The translations under genes were made by a program, and so were the position numbers. Below, in pieces: positions 1-26,329 of a stretch of DNA of 64,000 nucleotides. Source of the stretch: Mobula hypostoma (taxonomy: Eukaryota); NCBI RefSeq assembly GCF_963921235.1, contig NC_086108.1, positions 12,772,001 through 12,836,000 of the forward strand, read 5' to 3'. Under the pieces are notes generated by a model, which worked only from the letters and a program-made list of their open reading frames with translations, did no database searches and was not told the DNA's origin. Each line of letters starts with the position of its first letter. Position 1 is the first letter of the stretch.

Positions 1-375
1 TATGAGGAAGATGGAGGGATATGGGCATTGTGTAGGCAGGAAGGATTAGTTTTTGGCTTTTTAAATTTACCTTTTAGCTGACTTGACACAATATTGTGGG
101 CCAAAGGGCGTGTTCCTGTGTTGTACTGTTCCATGTTCTATGTATACGAATGGTAAGCAAGGTGGTCTCCTTGCCTGATCCTGTTGATCTGCTGGGTGGA
201 TTCCTGTTCCTTCTCTGCCTTTGTATTCTTAACCATCACCTTAAATGTGCCATGCATGAACTACCCAGCCTCACCGATGTACCACATGGATCTCAACCAG
301 ACCTGTGCTGACATCGTTTGTGAGTAAGGCTGTCAGACGGATATCTGTACTAACTTGCTTCTGTTCACCCCGCTC

Positions 376-1245
376 ATAAGACCATAAGACAAAGGAGCAG
401 AAGTCTGCCACTCGGCCCATCGAGTCTGCTCCACCATTTTATCATGAGCTGATCCATTCTCCCATTTAGTCCCACTCCCCCGCCTTCTCACCATAACATT
501 TGATATCCTGGCTACTCAGATACCTATCAATCTCTGCCTTAAATACACCCAATGACTTGGCCTCCACTGCTGCCCGTGGCAACAAATTCCATAGATTCTC
601 CACCCTCTGACTAAAAAAAGTTCTTCGCATTTCTGTTCTGAATGGGCGTCCTTCAATCTTTAAGTCATGCCCTCTCGTACTAGACTCCCCCATCACGGGA
701 AACAAGTTTGCCACATCCACTCTGTCCATGCCTTTCAACATTCAAAATGTTTCTATGAGGGCCGCCCTCATTCTTCTAAACTCCAAGGAATACAGTCCAA
801 GAGCGGACAAATGTTCCTCATATGTTAACCCTCTCATTCCTGGAATCATTCTAGTGAATCTTCTCTGTACCCTCTCCAACGTCAGCACATCCTTTCTTAA
901 ATAAGGGGCCCAAAACTGCCCACAGTACTGCAAGTGAGGTCTCACCAGCGCCTTATAGAGCCTCAACATCACATCCCTGCTCCTATACTCTATTCCTCTA
1001 GAGATGAATGCCAACATTGCATTTGCCTTCTTCACCACCGACTCAACCTGGAGGTTAACTTTAAGAGTATCCTGCATGAGGACTCCCAAGTCCTGTTGCA
1101 TCTCAGAACTTTGAATTCTTTCCCCATTTAAATAATAGTCTGCCCGTTTATTTCTTCTGCCAAGGTGCATAACCATACACTTTCCAACATTGTATTTCAT
1201 TTGCCACTTCTCTGCCCATTCTTCCCATCTATCCAAGTCACTCAA
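376..1245 (-). mobile_element. CR1 LINE 3' fragment
   Basis: ORFs with CR1 ORF2 C-terminal motifs (WAEKWQMKYN, LYKALVRPHL, FFSQRVENLWN) and a CR1 3' tail. Confidence 0.92.
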
Positions 1246-1254
1246 CTAGCTGAT

Positions 1255-1397
1255 ATATCTCGCTCCCATATGCCTTCTCATCACCAACTGAAATTCTGCC
1301 AACACACAGTTGTGTCATGAACAAATTTATAGATGGCATTTGAGCTGTCATCATGGGTGTAGCGGAAGTAGGGCAGCGGGCTAAGTGCACATCCCTG
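1255..1397 (-). mobile_element. Rex1/Babar LINE RT fragment
   Basis: Reverse strand reads GCALSPL..YTHD..SSNAIYKF..DTTV, a degenerate Rex1-type RT motif. Confidence 0.6.
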
Positions 1398-1491
1398 TTT
1401 TCTCAGCTAATCAAAATGCCTCAAAGCTAAATCTTTCCAATCTTTCCACATTCCGGCTGTAATGCCCACATTTCTCTCCTTTTCTCAATAG

Positions 1492-15408
<13,917 letters not shown>

Positions 15409-15699
15409 AGGCAGGATGGACAGATGGCTGACCCAGCTGTTGTGGAGGTTGCCCAGGCTTTTGGGGATCTAATCACCAGTTACTGGCGCTCAGCATTTGG
15501 TAGTGGTGGATGTATCATATGGACACACCATGGAGAACAGCGATGATTCTCCTGTGTGACATTGATTGGAATATTATTGACACCAAAACTTGATAAAGTG
15601 TATTTTTTAGACAGCTGATCATTCTGGCTGATTGTCAACAGTGCTTCTCCAGCATATAGTGTGTTTTGCTCTAGATTTCCAGCACCTGCAGTATCTCTT

Positions 15700-16145
15700 G
15701 TGATTCTGTTCTGAGGCTGGATCCACTGGTCTTAGACTCTCCCACCATATGAAACATTCTCTCCACATCCATTCTATCGAGGCCTTTCAACATTCGATAG
15801 GTTTCAATGAGATCACCCCTCACTCTTCTGAATTCCAGTGAGTGCAGGCCCAGAGCATTCAGACACTCCTCATATGATGAGCTTTTCAATCCCAGAATTA
15901 TTTTTATGAACTCCTCTGGACCCTCTGCAATGTCAGCACATAAGGGGCCCAAAACTGCTCACAATACTCCAAGTGAGGCCTCACCAATGCCTCATAAAGC
16001 CTCAATATTACATCCTTGCTTTTATATTCTAGTCGTCTTGAAATTAATGCTAATATTGTATTTGCCTTCCTCATCACCGACTCAACCTGCAAATTAACCT
16101 TTAGGGAATCCTGAACAAGGATTCCCAAGTTCCTTTGCACCTCAG
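15700..16145 (-). mobile_element. CR1 LINE fragment
   Basis: LYEALVRPHLEYCEQFW and RRVRGDLIETY translations. Confidence 0.88.
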
Positions 16146-16294
16146 TGTGTGTGGTTTATGTACAACGTGTGTCCCAATGCGAGGAGCCGAATAACACCAA
16201 ACGTGATGCAGATGAAAGAATTTCACTTCCTACTGTGGTAGGAAATAAACCAGTAAATCTGACAAAGTACAGGCTTCAAATTCTCAGCAGAGCA

Positions 16295-16800
16295 CACAAA
16301 GTTAAAAGTGCATTTATTATCAATGTATACCATATACAACCTTGAGATTTGTATTCTTATAGGTAGCCACAAAACAAGAAACCCAAAAGAACGCATTGAA
16401 AAAAAAGACAAACACCCAATGTGCAGAGAGAGAGAGAGAAAACACAAATTGTGGAAACAAATAGCATTTAGAATGAAAGTGAGTCCTCAGACACAAAGCC
16501 CGGGGCAGGCCCACGGCCTCAGCCTCAGTTCAGCAAAGGGCAGAGTGAATGTGTAAGGGCAGCGAGCAGAACCAGCCTGACCCTTGCCTCTGCTCCAGAT
16601 ACCCTGCCTTATCAATCCATCTGGCCCAGTGTTTACATTGTCCAAACATCAGTTGTTCCTCGCACTAGGACCCGGGCCCTGACGCGTCCATGAGCTCAGG
16701 GTCTGGACTCTGCTGCCATGTTTTGGTCCGCACCCGAACTTTCGAAATCGGCCCAGCGTTTAGATCGATCAAACCTCGCTCTCGGTTCAGGTGGATGGGC
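16295..16800 (-). mobile_element. Non-autonomous repeat with Rex1-like 3' tail (same family at 32570-32885 +; related tails at 22440-22590, 28795-29005, 45010-45320)
   Basis: Shared gataataaatg(c/t)acttt tail and tctcaag(g/a)ttgtatat motif. Confidence 0.6.
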
Positions 16801-17119
16801 TCCGAATCTGTCTTTCCTCCACTCCGACTTATCTCCACCCCACTTCGACCTCACTCTGACTTTGTTTCGAATATGTCTCCACTCCACTCTCCCAACCTCC
16901 CCCTCCGCAGTTTATCTTTTCTTTTATTAATATTTATTGAGTTGCAACACCATCCGGCCCTCGAGCCATGCCACCCAGCAATCTCCCTAACTCATCCTAG
17001 CCCAGCTTTTTGCTGCTGATGAGTCAGCCATGCTGGTGAACGTGAAGTAGACAAGCAAGGACAGAGCAGAGCTCCAGATGATTTTTGACAAGAATTAGTT
17101 TGTGCTTACAGTGACTAGT

Positions 17120-19260
17120 CATAGAATCATAGAAAAGTACAGCACATAAACAGGCCCTTCAGTACCTCTAGAACATATAAATTTACATAATATTACAGGC
17201 CCTTCAGCCCACAATGTTGTGCTGACCATGTAACCTATTCTGGAGGTTGTCTAGAATTTCCCTAGCATATAGCCCTCTATTTTTCTGAGCTCCATGTACA
17301 CTTTGTACCTATATAAGAGTCTCTTAAAAGATCCTATTGTATCTGCCTCTGCCACCGTTGCTGGCAGTGCATTCCACACACCCACCACTCTGTGTGGAAA
17401 AACTTACCCCAACATCCCCTCTCTACCTATTCCAGTCATCTTAAAACTATGGCCCCACGTGTTCTATCCACATGAGCAATGCCCCTCATCGTCTTATGCA
17501 TCTCTATCAGGTCAACTCTCATCCTCTGTCGCTCCAAGGAGAAAAGGCCAAGTACAGTCAACCTATTCTCATAAGGTACACCCTCCAAACCAGGCAACAT
17601 CCTTGTAAATCTCCTCTGCACTCTCTCTCTATAGTATCCACATCTGTCCTGTAGTGGGCTGACCAGAACTGAACACAGTACTCCAAGTGGGGTCTAACTA
17701 AGGTCTAATATAACTTTAACAGTACCTCACAGCTCTTGAACTCAATCCCATGGTTGATGAATGCTAACACACCATACGCCTTCTTAACAACACTGTCAAC
17801 CTGCACAGCAGCTTTGGGTGTCCTATCAACACAGACCCCAAGATTTCTCAGATCCTCCACACTGCCAAGAGTCTTACCATTTATATTATATTGTCTTCAA
17901 ATTGAACCTACCAAACTGAACCACTTCACAATTATCTGGGTTGAAGTCCAACTGCCACTTCTCAGCCCAGTTCTGCATCCTATCGATGTTGTGCTGTAAC
18001 CTCTGACAACCCTCCAGACTATCCACAACACCCCCAACCTTTGTGTCATCTTACTAACCCACCCTTCTACTACTTCATCCAGATTATTTATAAAAATCAC
18101 AAAGAGGAGGGGTCCCAGAACATCCCTGCAGAACACAAATGGTCACTGACCTCCATTGAGAATACGAAACATCTACAACCACCCTTTGCCTTCTGTGGAC
18201 AAGCCAATTCTGAATCCACAAAGCAAGGTCTCCTTGGATCCCATATAGGCATCCGTTGGTCTCGTGAGACCATGGATTTGCGCCTTGGAAGGTTTCCAGG
18301 GTGCAGGCCTGGGCAAGGTTGTATGGAAGACCAGCAGTTGCCCATGCTGCAAGTCTCCCCTCTCCACGCCACCAATGTTGTCCAAGGGAAGGGCACTAGG
18401 GCCGATACAGCTTGGCACTGGTGTCGTCACAGAGCAATGTGTGGTTAAGTGCCTTGCTCAAGGACACAACATGCTGCCTCAGCTGAGGGTCGAACTAGCG
18501 ACCTTCCGATCACTAGACCCATGTCTTAACCACTTGGTCACGCACTAACACATGCCTCCTTACTTTCTGAAGGAGCCTTGCATGGAGAACCTTATCAAAT
18601 GCCTTGCTGAAATCCATATACACTACATCTACTGCTCTACCTTGAACTAGTCTGTGTGAACCATTTAAACTGCCTACTCGCAGTGACCTGTACCAGGACC
18701 ATAAGCCCTCCATACCCCTTCCATCCACATACCTTTCCAAAATCTTAAACATTGAAATCGAGCTTGTATGCATCACTTGTGCTGGAAGCTCATTCCACAC
18801 TCTCACAACCCTCTGAGTGAAGAAGTTTCCCCTCGTGTTCCCTTTAAACTTTGCACCTTAACCCATGATCCCTGGTTGTAGTCCCACCCAACCTCAGTGG
18901 AAAAAGCCTGCTTGCATTTACCCTAACTATATCCCTCATAATTTCGTATATCTCTATCAAATTTCCTCTCAATTTTCTACATTCCAAGGAATAAGGCCCT
19001 TACCTATTCAATTTTTGCTTACAGCTCAGGTCCTCCAGACCTGGCAACATCCTTGTAAATTTTCTCTGTACTCTTTCAACCTTACTTACATCTTTCCTGT
19101 AGGTAGGTGATCAAAACTGCACAGAAATCTCCAAATTAGGCCTCGCCAATATCTTGTACAACTTCAGCATAACATCCCATCTCCTGTACTCAATACTTTG
19201 ATGAAGGCCAATGTGCCAAAAGCTTCCTTTACGGCCCTATTTATTTCTGATGCCACTTTT
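17120..19260 (-). mobile_element. Cluster of nested CR1 fragments
   Basis: VLGPLLFVIFINNLD, DFSKAFDKVLH, QRRFTRMLPGL translations; several CR1 tails. Confidence 0.85.
18244..18545 (-). mobile_element. tRNA-derived SINE with CORE-like segment (same family as 53317-53618)
   Basis: Box A/B on the minus strand; gtgtccttgagcaaggcacttaacc; colinear with the 53317 copy; interrupts a CR1. Confidence 0.85.
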
Positions 19261-19707
19261 AAAACTAGCTTTTTAAAAATGCGCACATTTTTTTCTATTT
19301 CAGTTTTTAGTCGCCAGTGGGTATGGTGGTCCAATAACATAACCATTCTGCTCTCATAACCTTCATCTTCCTTTACTCTCAGATCACTTCCTCAACCTTC
19401 CCTCCTCACTGAAGGTTCCAGTTTATGCCGATAACGTGGATGGATTTAGTTTGAGTGCAAGAGTATTTAATCCCCACGATGTTCATGCAATAAGGGTATG
19501 AGTCAGCAGGTGGCGCACCTGCGTTACGGTGCCAAAAAAAATGCCGAAGAAACTGGCAAAATTCTCGCCTTTAGGAGACATCAAAGCCCTCCCCTAGTGG
19601 TTGCCTCGGACAGTGAAGCAATTCCTCAGTACTGCCCCTTGAACACCGTTAATTCTTCAGTTCTGCATTTCCGACAGCCTAGTGCTCTCAGGGTAAAGCC
19701 CCTCTGA

Positions 19708-20260
19708 CAGTGTGACAGATTGCACCGGAAATTCTGAGCTGCTTCCTCAGAATTTTTTTGGATGTGATAGACCAAATGAAGTTGAACGCAAATATAACTT
19801 CAGACTACTTGTATCACGTAGGAATTTGGAGAAACAAGTAATGAACTTTTATTGAATATAATGTGTTTAAATGCATAACAGTGCTGATGCTTTGCAATAG
19901 TTCAGCGAAGCTAAAGTGTTTTATTGATGATTTTATTTGTACTCAGTGTGTGAGGCGTCTCAGCCAGCATTGATGGATTTCAGTCGCCCTGATACCGTTT
20001 CTCCATGACCGCAATGTCCAGGTGAAACCTTTCACTGTGCTCGGCACTGACAGCGCCAAGATTTGCAGGGAAGAGGTCTAAATGGATATGCAACGAATGT
20101 GAGGAGCCCAGGCTTTGTCTTGGTCACCAATTTTATACCCAAATTGGAGCTCATGCGCTTTCTTAATAAGAGGAATCGTGCTGTCTTTGAGATTTAAACA
20201 TAAACTCGCTACAAACATAAAGTATCGCGCCCGTTGCAACATTGGCGAAACATTTTGCTA
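19708..20260 (-). mobile_element. Internally deleted Chapaev3-like DNA transposon relic
   Basis: Minus strand: N-terminal LIKKAHELQFGYKIGDQDKAWAPH fused to C-terminal HLDLFPANLGAVSAEHSERFHLDIAVMEKRYQG (recalled Chapaev3 transposase motifs). Confidence 0.7.
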
Positions 20261-20267
20261 TCACAAA

Positions 20268-21242
20268 TAATCTTTCCTCAGATTAGGGGACCAAAACTGC
20301 ACACAATACTCCAGGTGTGGTCTCACCAAGGCCTTGTACAACTGCAGTAGTACCTCCCTGCTCCTGTACTCGAATCCTCTCGCTATAAATGCCAGCATAA
20401 CATTCGCCTTTTTCACCGCCTGCTGTACCTGCATGCCCACTTTCAATGACTGGTGTATAATGACACCCAGGTCTCGTTGCACCTCCCCTTTTCCTAATCG
20501 GCCACCATTCAGATAATAATCTGTTTTCCTATTTTTGCCACCAAAGTGGATAACTTCACATTTATCCACATTAAATTGCATCTGCCATGAATTTGCCCAC
20601 TCACCCAACCTATCCAAGTCACCCTGCATCCTCTTAGCATCCTCCTCACAGCTAACACTGCCACCCAGCTTCGTGTCATCCGCAAACTTGGAGATGCAGC
20701 ATTTAATTCCCTCATCCAAGTCATTAATATATATTGTAAACAACTGGGTCCCAGCACTGAGCCTTGCGGTACCCCACTAGTCACCGCCTGCCATTCTGAA
20801 AAGGTCCCGTTTATTCCCACTCTTTGCTTCCTGTCTGCTAACCAATTCTCCACCCACACCAATACCTTACCCCCAGTACCGTGTGCTTTAAGTTTGCACA
20901 CTAATCTCCTGTGTGGGACCTTGTCAAAAGCCTTTTGAAAATCCAAATATACCACATCCACTGGTTCTCCCCTATCCACTCTACTGGTTACATCCTCAAA
21001 AAATTCTATGAGATTCGTCAGACATGATTTTCCTTTCACAAATCCATGCTGACTTTGTCTGATCATTTCACCGCTTTCCAAATGTGCTGTTATCACATCC
21101 TTGATAACTGACTCCAGCAGTTTCCCCACCACCGACGTTAGGCTAACTGGTCTATAATTCCCCGGTTTCTCTCTCCCTCCTTTTTTAAAAAGTGGGGTTA
21201 CATTAGCCACCCTCCAATCCTCAGGAACTAGTCCAGAATCTA
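20268..21242 (-). mobile_element. Young CR1 LINE internal RT segment lacking its 3' end
   Basis: NYRPVSLTSVVGK, DFQKAFDKVPH, GVPQGSVLGP, KFADDTK; nearly identical to 31088-32045. Confidence 0.93.
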
Positions 21243-22050
21243 ACGTAATATAGTAATACTGCATAACAAAGTTCCTCACCTTAGCAGGAATCCATAGGAA
21301 TTCCATGGCAAACTCAATCAGAGCGTGGGGGGACAGATCCATACACATTTGCCAGATCAAGCCAAACTACAGCCAGATTTCTTCTCAACCTTTTGATTCC
21401 TGGATGGTATGCCATATCATACTAGAATGTTCAAGGCATCCTGGGAAGCCTGGTATTCCTGCCTTCTGCACAGACCATTTACCAGTCCATTCTCTATCAC
21501 AAATGAAGATATTCTCTCTGCCAGAATGCCAAAAGTAATCTTCCCCTCTACATTCAGGAGTGAAACTGGTCGGAACTGATTCAACGTAGTAGAACACAAA
21601 ATAATCTGCAGATGCTGGGGTCGAAGCAACACTCACAACACGCTGGAGGAACTCAGCAGGTTGGGCAGCATCCGTGGAAAAGATCGGTTGACGTTTCCAC
21701 GGATGCTGCCCGACCTGCTGAGTTCCTCCAGCGGGTTGCCAATGTAGTAGAATTCTCTTCCTTTGGGATGTATACTCCTTCAGTCTCACTCTATGACAAA
21801 GGAACAACACCTTGTCTCCACACCACCGATAACAATCTCTACAAGTATTTCCTCAGCTCTTCACACTTCTTGAACACCTTGTACGGCACTCCATTAGGTT
21901 CTGGCACTGAGCCTGACCTTGTCTTTCTGATGAACCATTCGACTTCTGCCAGTTTGGGTTCTGACAGATTGAACTTCACTCCTGGCTTGGTAGGCTTCAC
22001 AAGCCCTGAAATGTCAAGCAAAGGAGCCTCCCGCTGTTCGTTGGAGTAAG
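21243..22050 (-). mobile_element. R2/HERO-like non-LTR retrotransposon RT fragment
   Basis: PNGVPYKVFKKC, FRPVSLLNVEGKI, QKAGIPGFPGCLEH, PHALIEFAMEFLWIP across frameshifts. Confidence 0.78.
21595..21739. mobile_element. Palindromic Penelope-derived mini-element
   Basis: 40-bp inverted arms 21641-21680/21694-21733; 13-bp TSD caa(c/t)gtagtagaa. Confidence 0.85.
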
Positions 22051-22592
22051 TGCTTGAAAACCCATCCTGCCATGCAGCATCTGCCCTGCCTAAGCATGCA
22101 CAGGCATGCCTGGACCAGACAGAAAACGTTTCATCTTACATTGTGGGCAACATTTAAACTGACTTGAATTATGAATTGAAACAACAAATATATCCAATTA
22201 CAAAAAAAAAGTGATTGGTGATCGAGAAATATCGCGGTGATTTTCATGATCAGCAGCTCATAATCAATAAAATACACCCAAAAGTATTCAGGAAGCAAGA
22301 TGTTTGTTGTCCAGTTTTATCAGATGTTCAAGACTACGAGCAGGAAAGTCTTCAAGCTGGAAAGAATGAAGTGTCTTCGGTCCCTGTCACCAATTCTATC
22401 CCCAATCTCAGTCCTCTTTTCCTGCCAAATGTTTTCTGGTTCAAGTTCAAATTTAATCATCTCTCAACCGTATGTGAATATCCATGGATACAACCAAACT
22501 AAATAACATTACTCCAGGGCCAAGATGCAGAATACAGTACCAACAGTCACACACAGAACAAGGCACATATTTCACATATAACAGTAAACATT

Positions 22593-23102
22593 AGTGGTGG
22601 TCCGTCATGTCCGACAATGACAGGAAATCTGCGCGGGAGAGATTTTTTAAAGTGGAAACGCCTTTGCACTAGGGCAGTTCCACTCTCTCGACGTCGAAAG
22701 TCCGTGTCCAGTGGTGCGATTGTGTCACAAACTGGGGTCTTCCTTGGTTGTAATGGATAACTATGACGTCTTCGGTGCCTTGTCATGACCTTCGCTCTCC
22801 ACGAAACAGAACCACATTTCTGGCCATTGGATCTCAATGTAGATATCTGTCCAGTCCGCCAGAGCTGACGTCGCGTGCTGGGCCAGGCATGTTCCTACCT
22901 CTCTGGGATGTGAGGCCCACCGGCTACCCTCACCTGGTTTAGCCCGCCTGTCGAAACAGTGTGCCGGGATGTGGCCGCTGTCACAAGCAGACAGCTACTT
23001 GGAGCCGCAGGTGAGAGCCGACTGTCCAGTGCGGACAAAAGGTGAGCGAGCTGCCCCAGAGTGGACACGAGAAGGCCCTTCACCAGAGGTGATACTTCTC
23101 CC
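22593..23102 (-). mobile_element. Structured non-coding retroposon with RTE-like 3' end
   Basis: 3' gtcggacatgacggac resembles RTE tails; multiple stems near the 5' end; no ORF. Confidence 0.55.
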
Positions 23103-23685
23103 TTGACACAACATACACCCCATACGGTCACAGAAAAAATAACATACACAGAGCCCCTGTGCCATGTTCTGTAGACTGATGGTGCGTGGGAGGTTTGTCA
23201 GTAAGAACAAGCCCGCAGCAGTCCATTCATCACACGCTGAAAAAGAATGCGCGGTCATGGACGAATGCAACCCAGCTTATATTCCACTGAGTGAACAGTG
23301 GGGGGGGGGGGCAGAACCGACGGGAGGGGTCGGTCCCCAACCCAGTGTGGATATCGCACCACACTGTCTCTGGCGTCTCCTGCCCTGGCCGGCGTCAACA
23401 ACTGACTCCGCAGCATGAGGCCCTGGTCTGCGCTGCCACGGAGGCCACCCAGTTCTCCCAATGAACCTGCGAGCCAGCCTTGCAGTATTCCACATTACCA
23501 ATATTCAACGAGGTCTTGCAAGAAAAAGAACGTCCAAGACCATCACCCGCTCAGCCTTCTTTCCTGGGTGCGTAACAAGTCCAGCTCCACCGCTATCCAG
23601 CAACTCGCTCGTGGGGTCGACCTGCAGTACTTGGTGTTATGGATAACCAGCAGTGTCTTACGATTGTAAACACGATATACAAGAC

Positions 23686-23885
23686 GTGTAAGGACTTTGT
23701 ACCTTCTCCCTGTGACTACATGAGTTTCCTCCAGATGCTCCGGTTTCCTCCCACATTCCAAAGACTAACCAGTTGATAGGTTAATTGGTTATTGTAAATT
23801 ATCCCGTGATTTGGTCAGGATTCAGTCGGGGGATTGCTGGGTGGTGCTGCTTGAAGGGCCAGTTCCATGCTGTATTTTAATAAGT
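23686..23885 (+). mobile_element. V-SINE, 5' truncated
   Basis: V-domain gtttcctccagatgctccggtttcctcccaca, similar to the 10994 copy. Confidence 0.8.
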
Positions 23886-23889
23886 ATTT

Positions 23890-25185
23890 GGAGGCTGTGT
23901 CCTCTAGTATTAGACTCGGCCACTACAGGAAACCTCCTCTTCCATATCCACTCTATTGAGACCTTTCAATATTCGCTGGGTTTCAATGAGAACCCCTCTT
24001 CTGAATTCCAGCCAGAACAGGCCCAGAGCCATCATACGCTGCTCCTCTGATAATCCTTTCAATCCCAGAATCATTTTTGTGAACATCCTTTGAACCCTCT
24101 CCACTTCCTTTCTTAGACGAGGACCCCAAACTGCTCACAATACTCCAAGTGAGGCCTCGCCAGTCTCAACATTACATCCTTGTTTTTATACTCTAGTCCT
24201 CATGAAACAAATGCTAATATTGCAAGTGCCTTCCTCACCACAGACTCAACCTACAAACTAACTTTGGGAATTCTGCACAAGGACTCCGTTCATTTGTGTC
24301 TCCATTTTTTTGTATTTCAGGAAATAGTCAACCCTTTCTTTTCTTCAACTGAAGTGCGTGACCATACACTTCCCGATACTGTATTCTATCTGCCACTTCT
24401 TTGCCCGTTCTTCTAATACGGCTTAAGTCCTTCTGCAGTCTCTCTGCTTCCTCAACTCTACCTGCCCCTCCACCTGTCTTTGTAATGTCTGTAAACTTTG
24501 CCATAAAGCTATCCATTCCATCGTCCAGACCATTAACCTATAACAGAAGAAGTGGTCCCAACATTGGCCTCTGCGGAACACTGGCAGCCAACCCAAAACA
24601 ACTCTCTCTATTCCAACTCCTTGCCTTCTGCCAATCAGCTCTCTGTGCAAGTATCTTTCCTGAAATGCCATGGGCTCTTAACTTGTTAAGCAGTCTCATG
24701 TTTGGCACCTCGTCAAAGACCCTCAGATAACCCAAGTACACAACATCCAACGATATTCCTTTGCCTATCCTGCTTGCTTTTTCTTCAAAGAATTCAAATA
24801 GATTCGCCAGGCAAGATTTTCCCTTAAGGAAACCATGCTGGCTTCAGCCTATTTTAATCATGTGCCTCCAAGTACCCCAAAACCACATCCATAACAATGG
24901 ACTCCAACATCTTCCCAACCACTGAGGTCAAAGTAATTTCCTTTCTTCTGCCTCTCTTCCTTCTTGAAGAGTGGATGACATTTTTCAATTTTCCAGTCCT
25001 CCAGAACCATGCCAGCAACTAGTGCCATTTGAAAAATCATTACTAATGCCTCCACAATCTCTTCAGCCACCTCTTTCAGAACCTTTGTGTGTACACCATC
25101 TGGTCCAGGTGACTTATCTACCTTCACACCTTTCAGTTTCCCAAGAACCTTCTCCCTAGTAATGTCAACTTCACTCACCACTGCC
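23890..25185 (-). mobile_element. Degraded CR1 LINE
   Basis: VDKSPGPDGVH, VFDEVPNMRLL, KFTDITK, ERVQRMFTKMI. Confidence 0.88.
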
Positions 25186-25382
25186 CCGTGACACTGTCAA
25201 GCCTCCAGCATACCACTACTATCTGGATCATCTACAATATTCCATTGCTCCATTTTCAGATGCCAAGTTCATACCCTCTGGAATCAGCTACCTCTCTGCT
25301 ACAGCTTTCCTCTCCAGCAGGTGTATGGTCACCGGCCACAATGTTTCTGTCTCTGTCTTTGTTTGGAGCCCTAGGGATACAT

Positions 25383-26010
25383 ATTAGATTAGATTAGATT
25401 ATGAGGACACACAGTCCTCTTTTATTGTCATTTAGTAATGCATGCATTAAGAAGTGATACAATGTTCCTCCAGTGTGATATCACAGACAGACCAAGACTG
25501 AAAAACGGACAAAAACTACATAATTATAACATATAGTTACAACAGTGCAAGCAATACCGTAATTTGAGGAAGAACAGACCATGGGCACGGTAAAAAATGA
25601 GTCTCAAAGTCTCTTGAAAGTCCCATCATCTCACACAGACGGGAGAAGGAAGAAAACTCTCCCTGCCATAAGCTTCCAGCGCCGCAAACTTGCCGATGCA
25701 GCATCCTGGAAGCACCCGACCACAGTCCGACTCTGAGTCATCCGAAAACTTCGAGCCTCTGACCAGCCCTCTGACACCGAGCATCGAGCACCATCTCTGC
25801 CGAGCGCTTCGACCCCAGCCCCGGCCGCCAGCAACAGGCAAAGCCAAGGATTTGGGGCCTTCCCCGTCGGAGATTCTCGATCGCACAGTAGTAGCGGCAG
25901 CGAACTGGGCATTTCAGAAGTTTCTCCAGATGTTCCTCTGTGCCTCTCACATCTGTCTCCATCAAATCACAATTGTGAATGGCATCCTACTTACAAATAT
26001 GACAACATTA
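25383..26010 (-). mobile_element. Non-autonomous LINE-tailed repeat ending in (tctaa)n
   Basis: Minus strand ends aatgacaataaaagaggac...(aatct)n; GC-rich body with no recognisable ORF. Confidence 0.55.
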
Positions 26011-26329
26011 ACCAGAGAGGCACACAGCATGCTGCATAAAGACCAGGGGTTCTGTACAACCGATGCTCGTAGATGTGGTATGCACCCTGTGGTCTGCCAT
26101 TGATAAATTACTGTGGTTTTTAAGTGCAGTGCAGCGTTCCATTAAATCTGCCCCCTCCCACAGTAAAGCACTCCCTCAGTGTGATCCATAAGACAAGTGG
26201 AATGTAAAACAAACAAGTGTGAGGTGTGGCACTTCAGTAAGACCAACAGGGTAGGTGTCACACAGTGAATGGTAAGGCACTGAGGAGTCCATTGGAACAA
26301 AGGGATCTGGGATTAGAGGTTCATTAGAG

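Noticed and set aside
20509..21360. 283-aa HERO-CR1 chimeric RT ORF
   Set aside because: In-frame junction of two unrelated truncated retroelements, frameshifted downstream.
22921..23020. Twister ribozyme (GAGGG and CCAAG-like motifs)
   Set aside because: The cleavage-site UAA loop and P4 cannot be placed; the segment pairs as a simple long stem.
23164..23680. CpG-rich segment as a promoter or exon
   Set aside because: No convincing splice sites or protein similarity; likely the body of the non-autonomous repeat whose tail is at 22440-22590.
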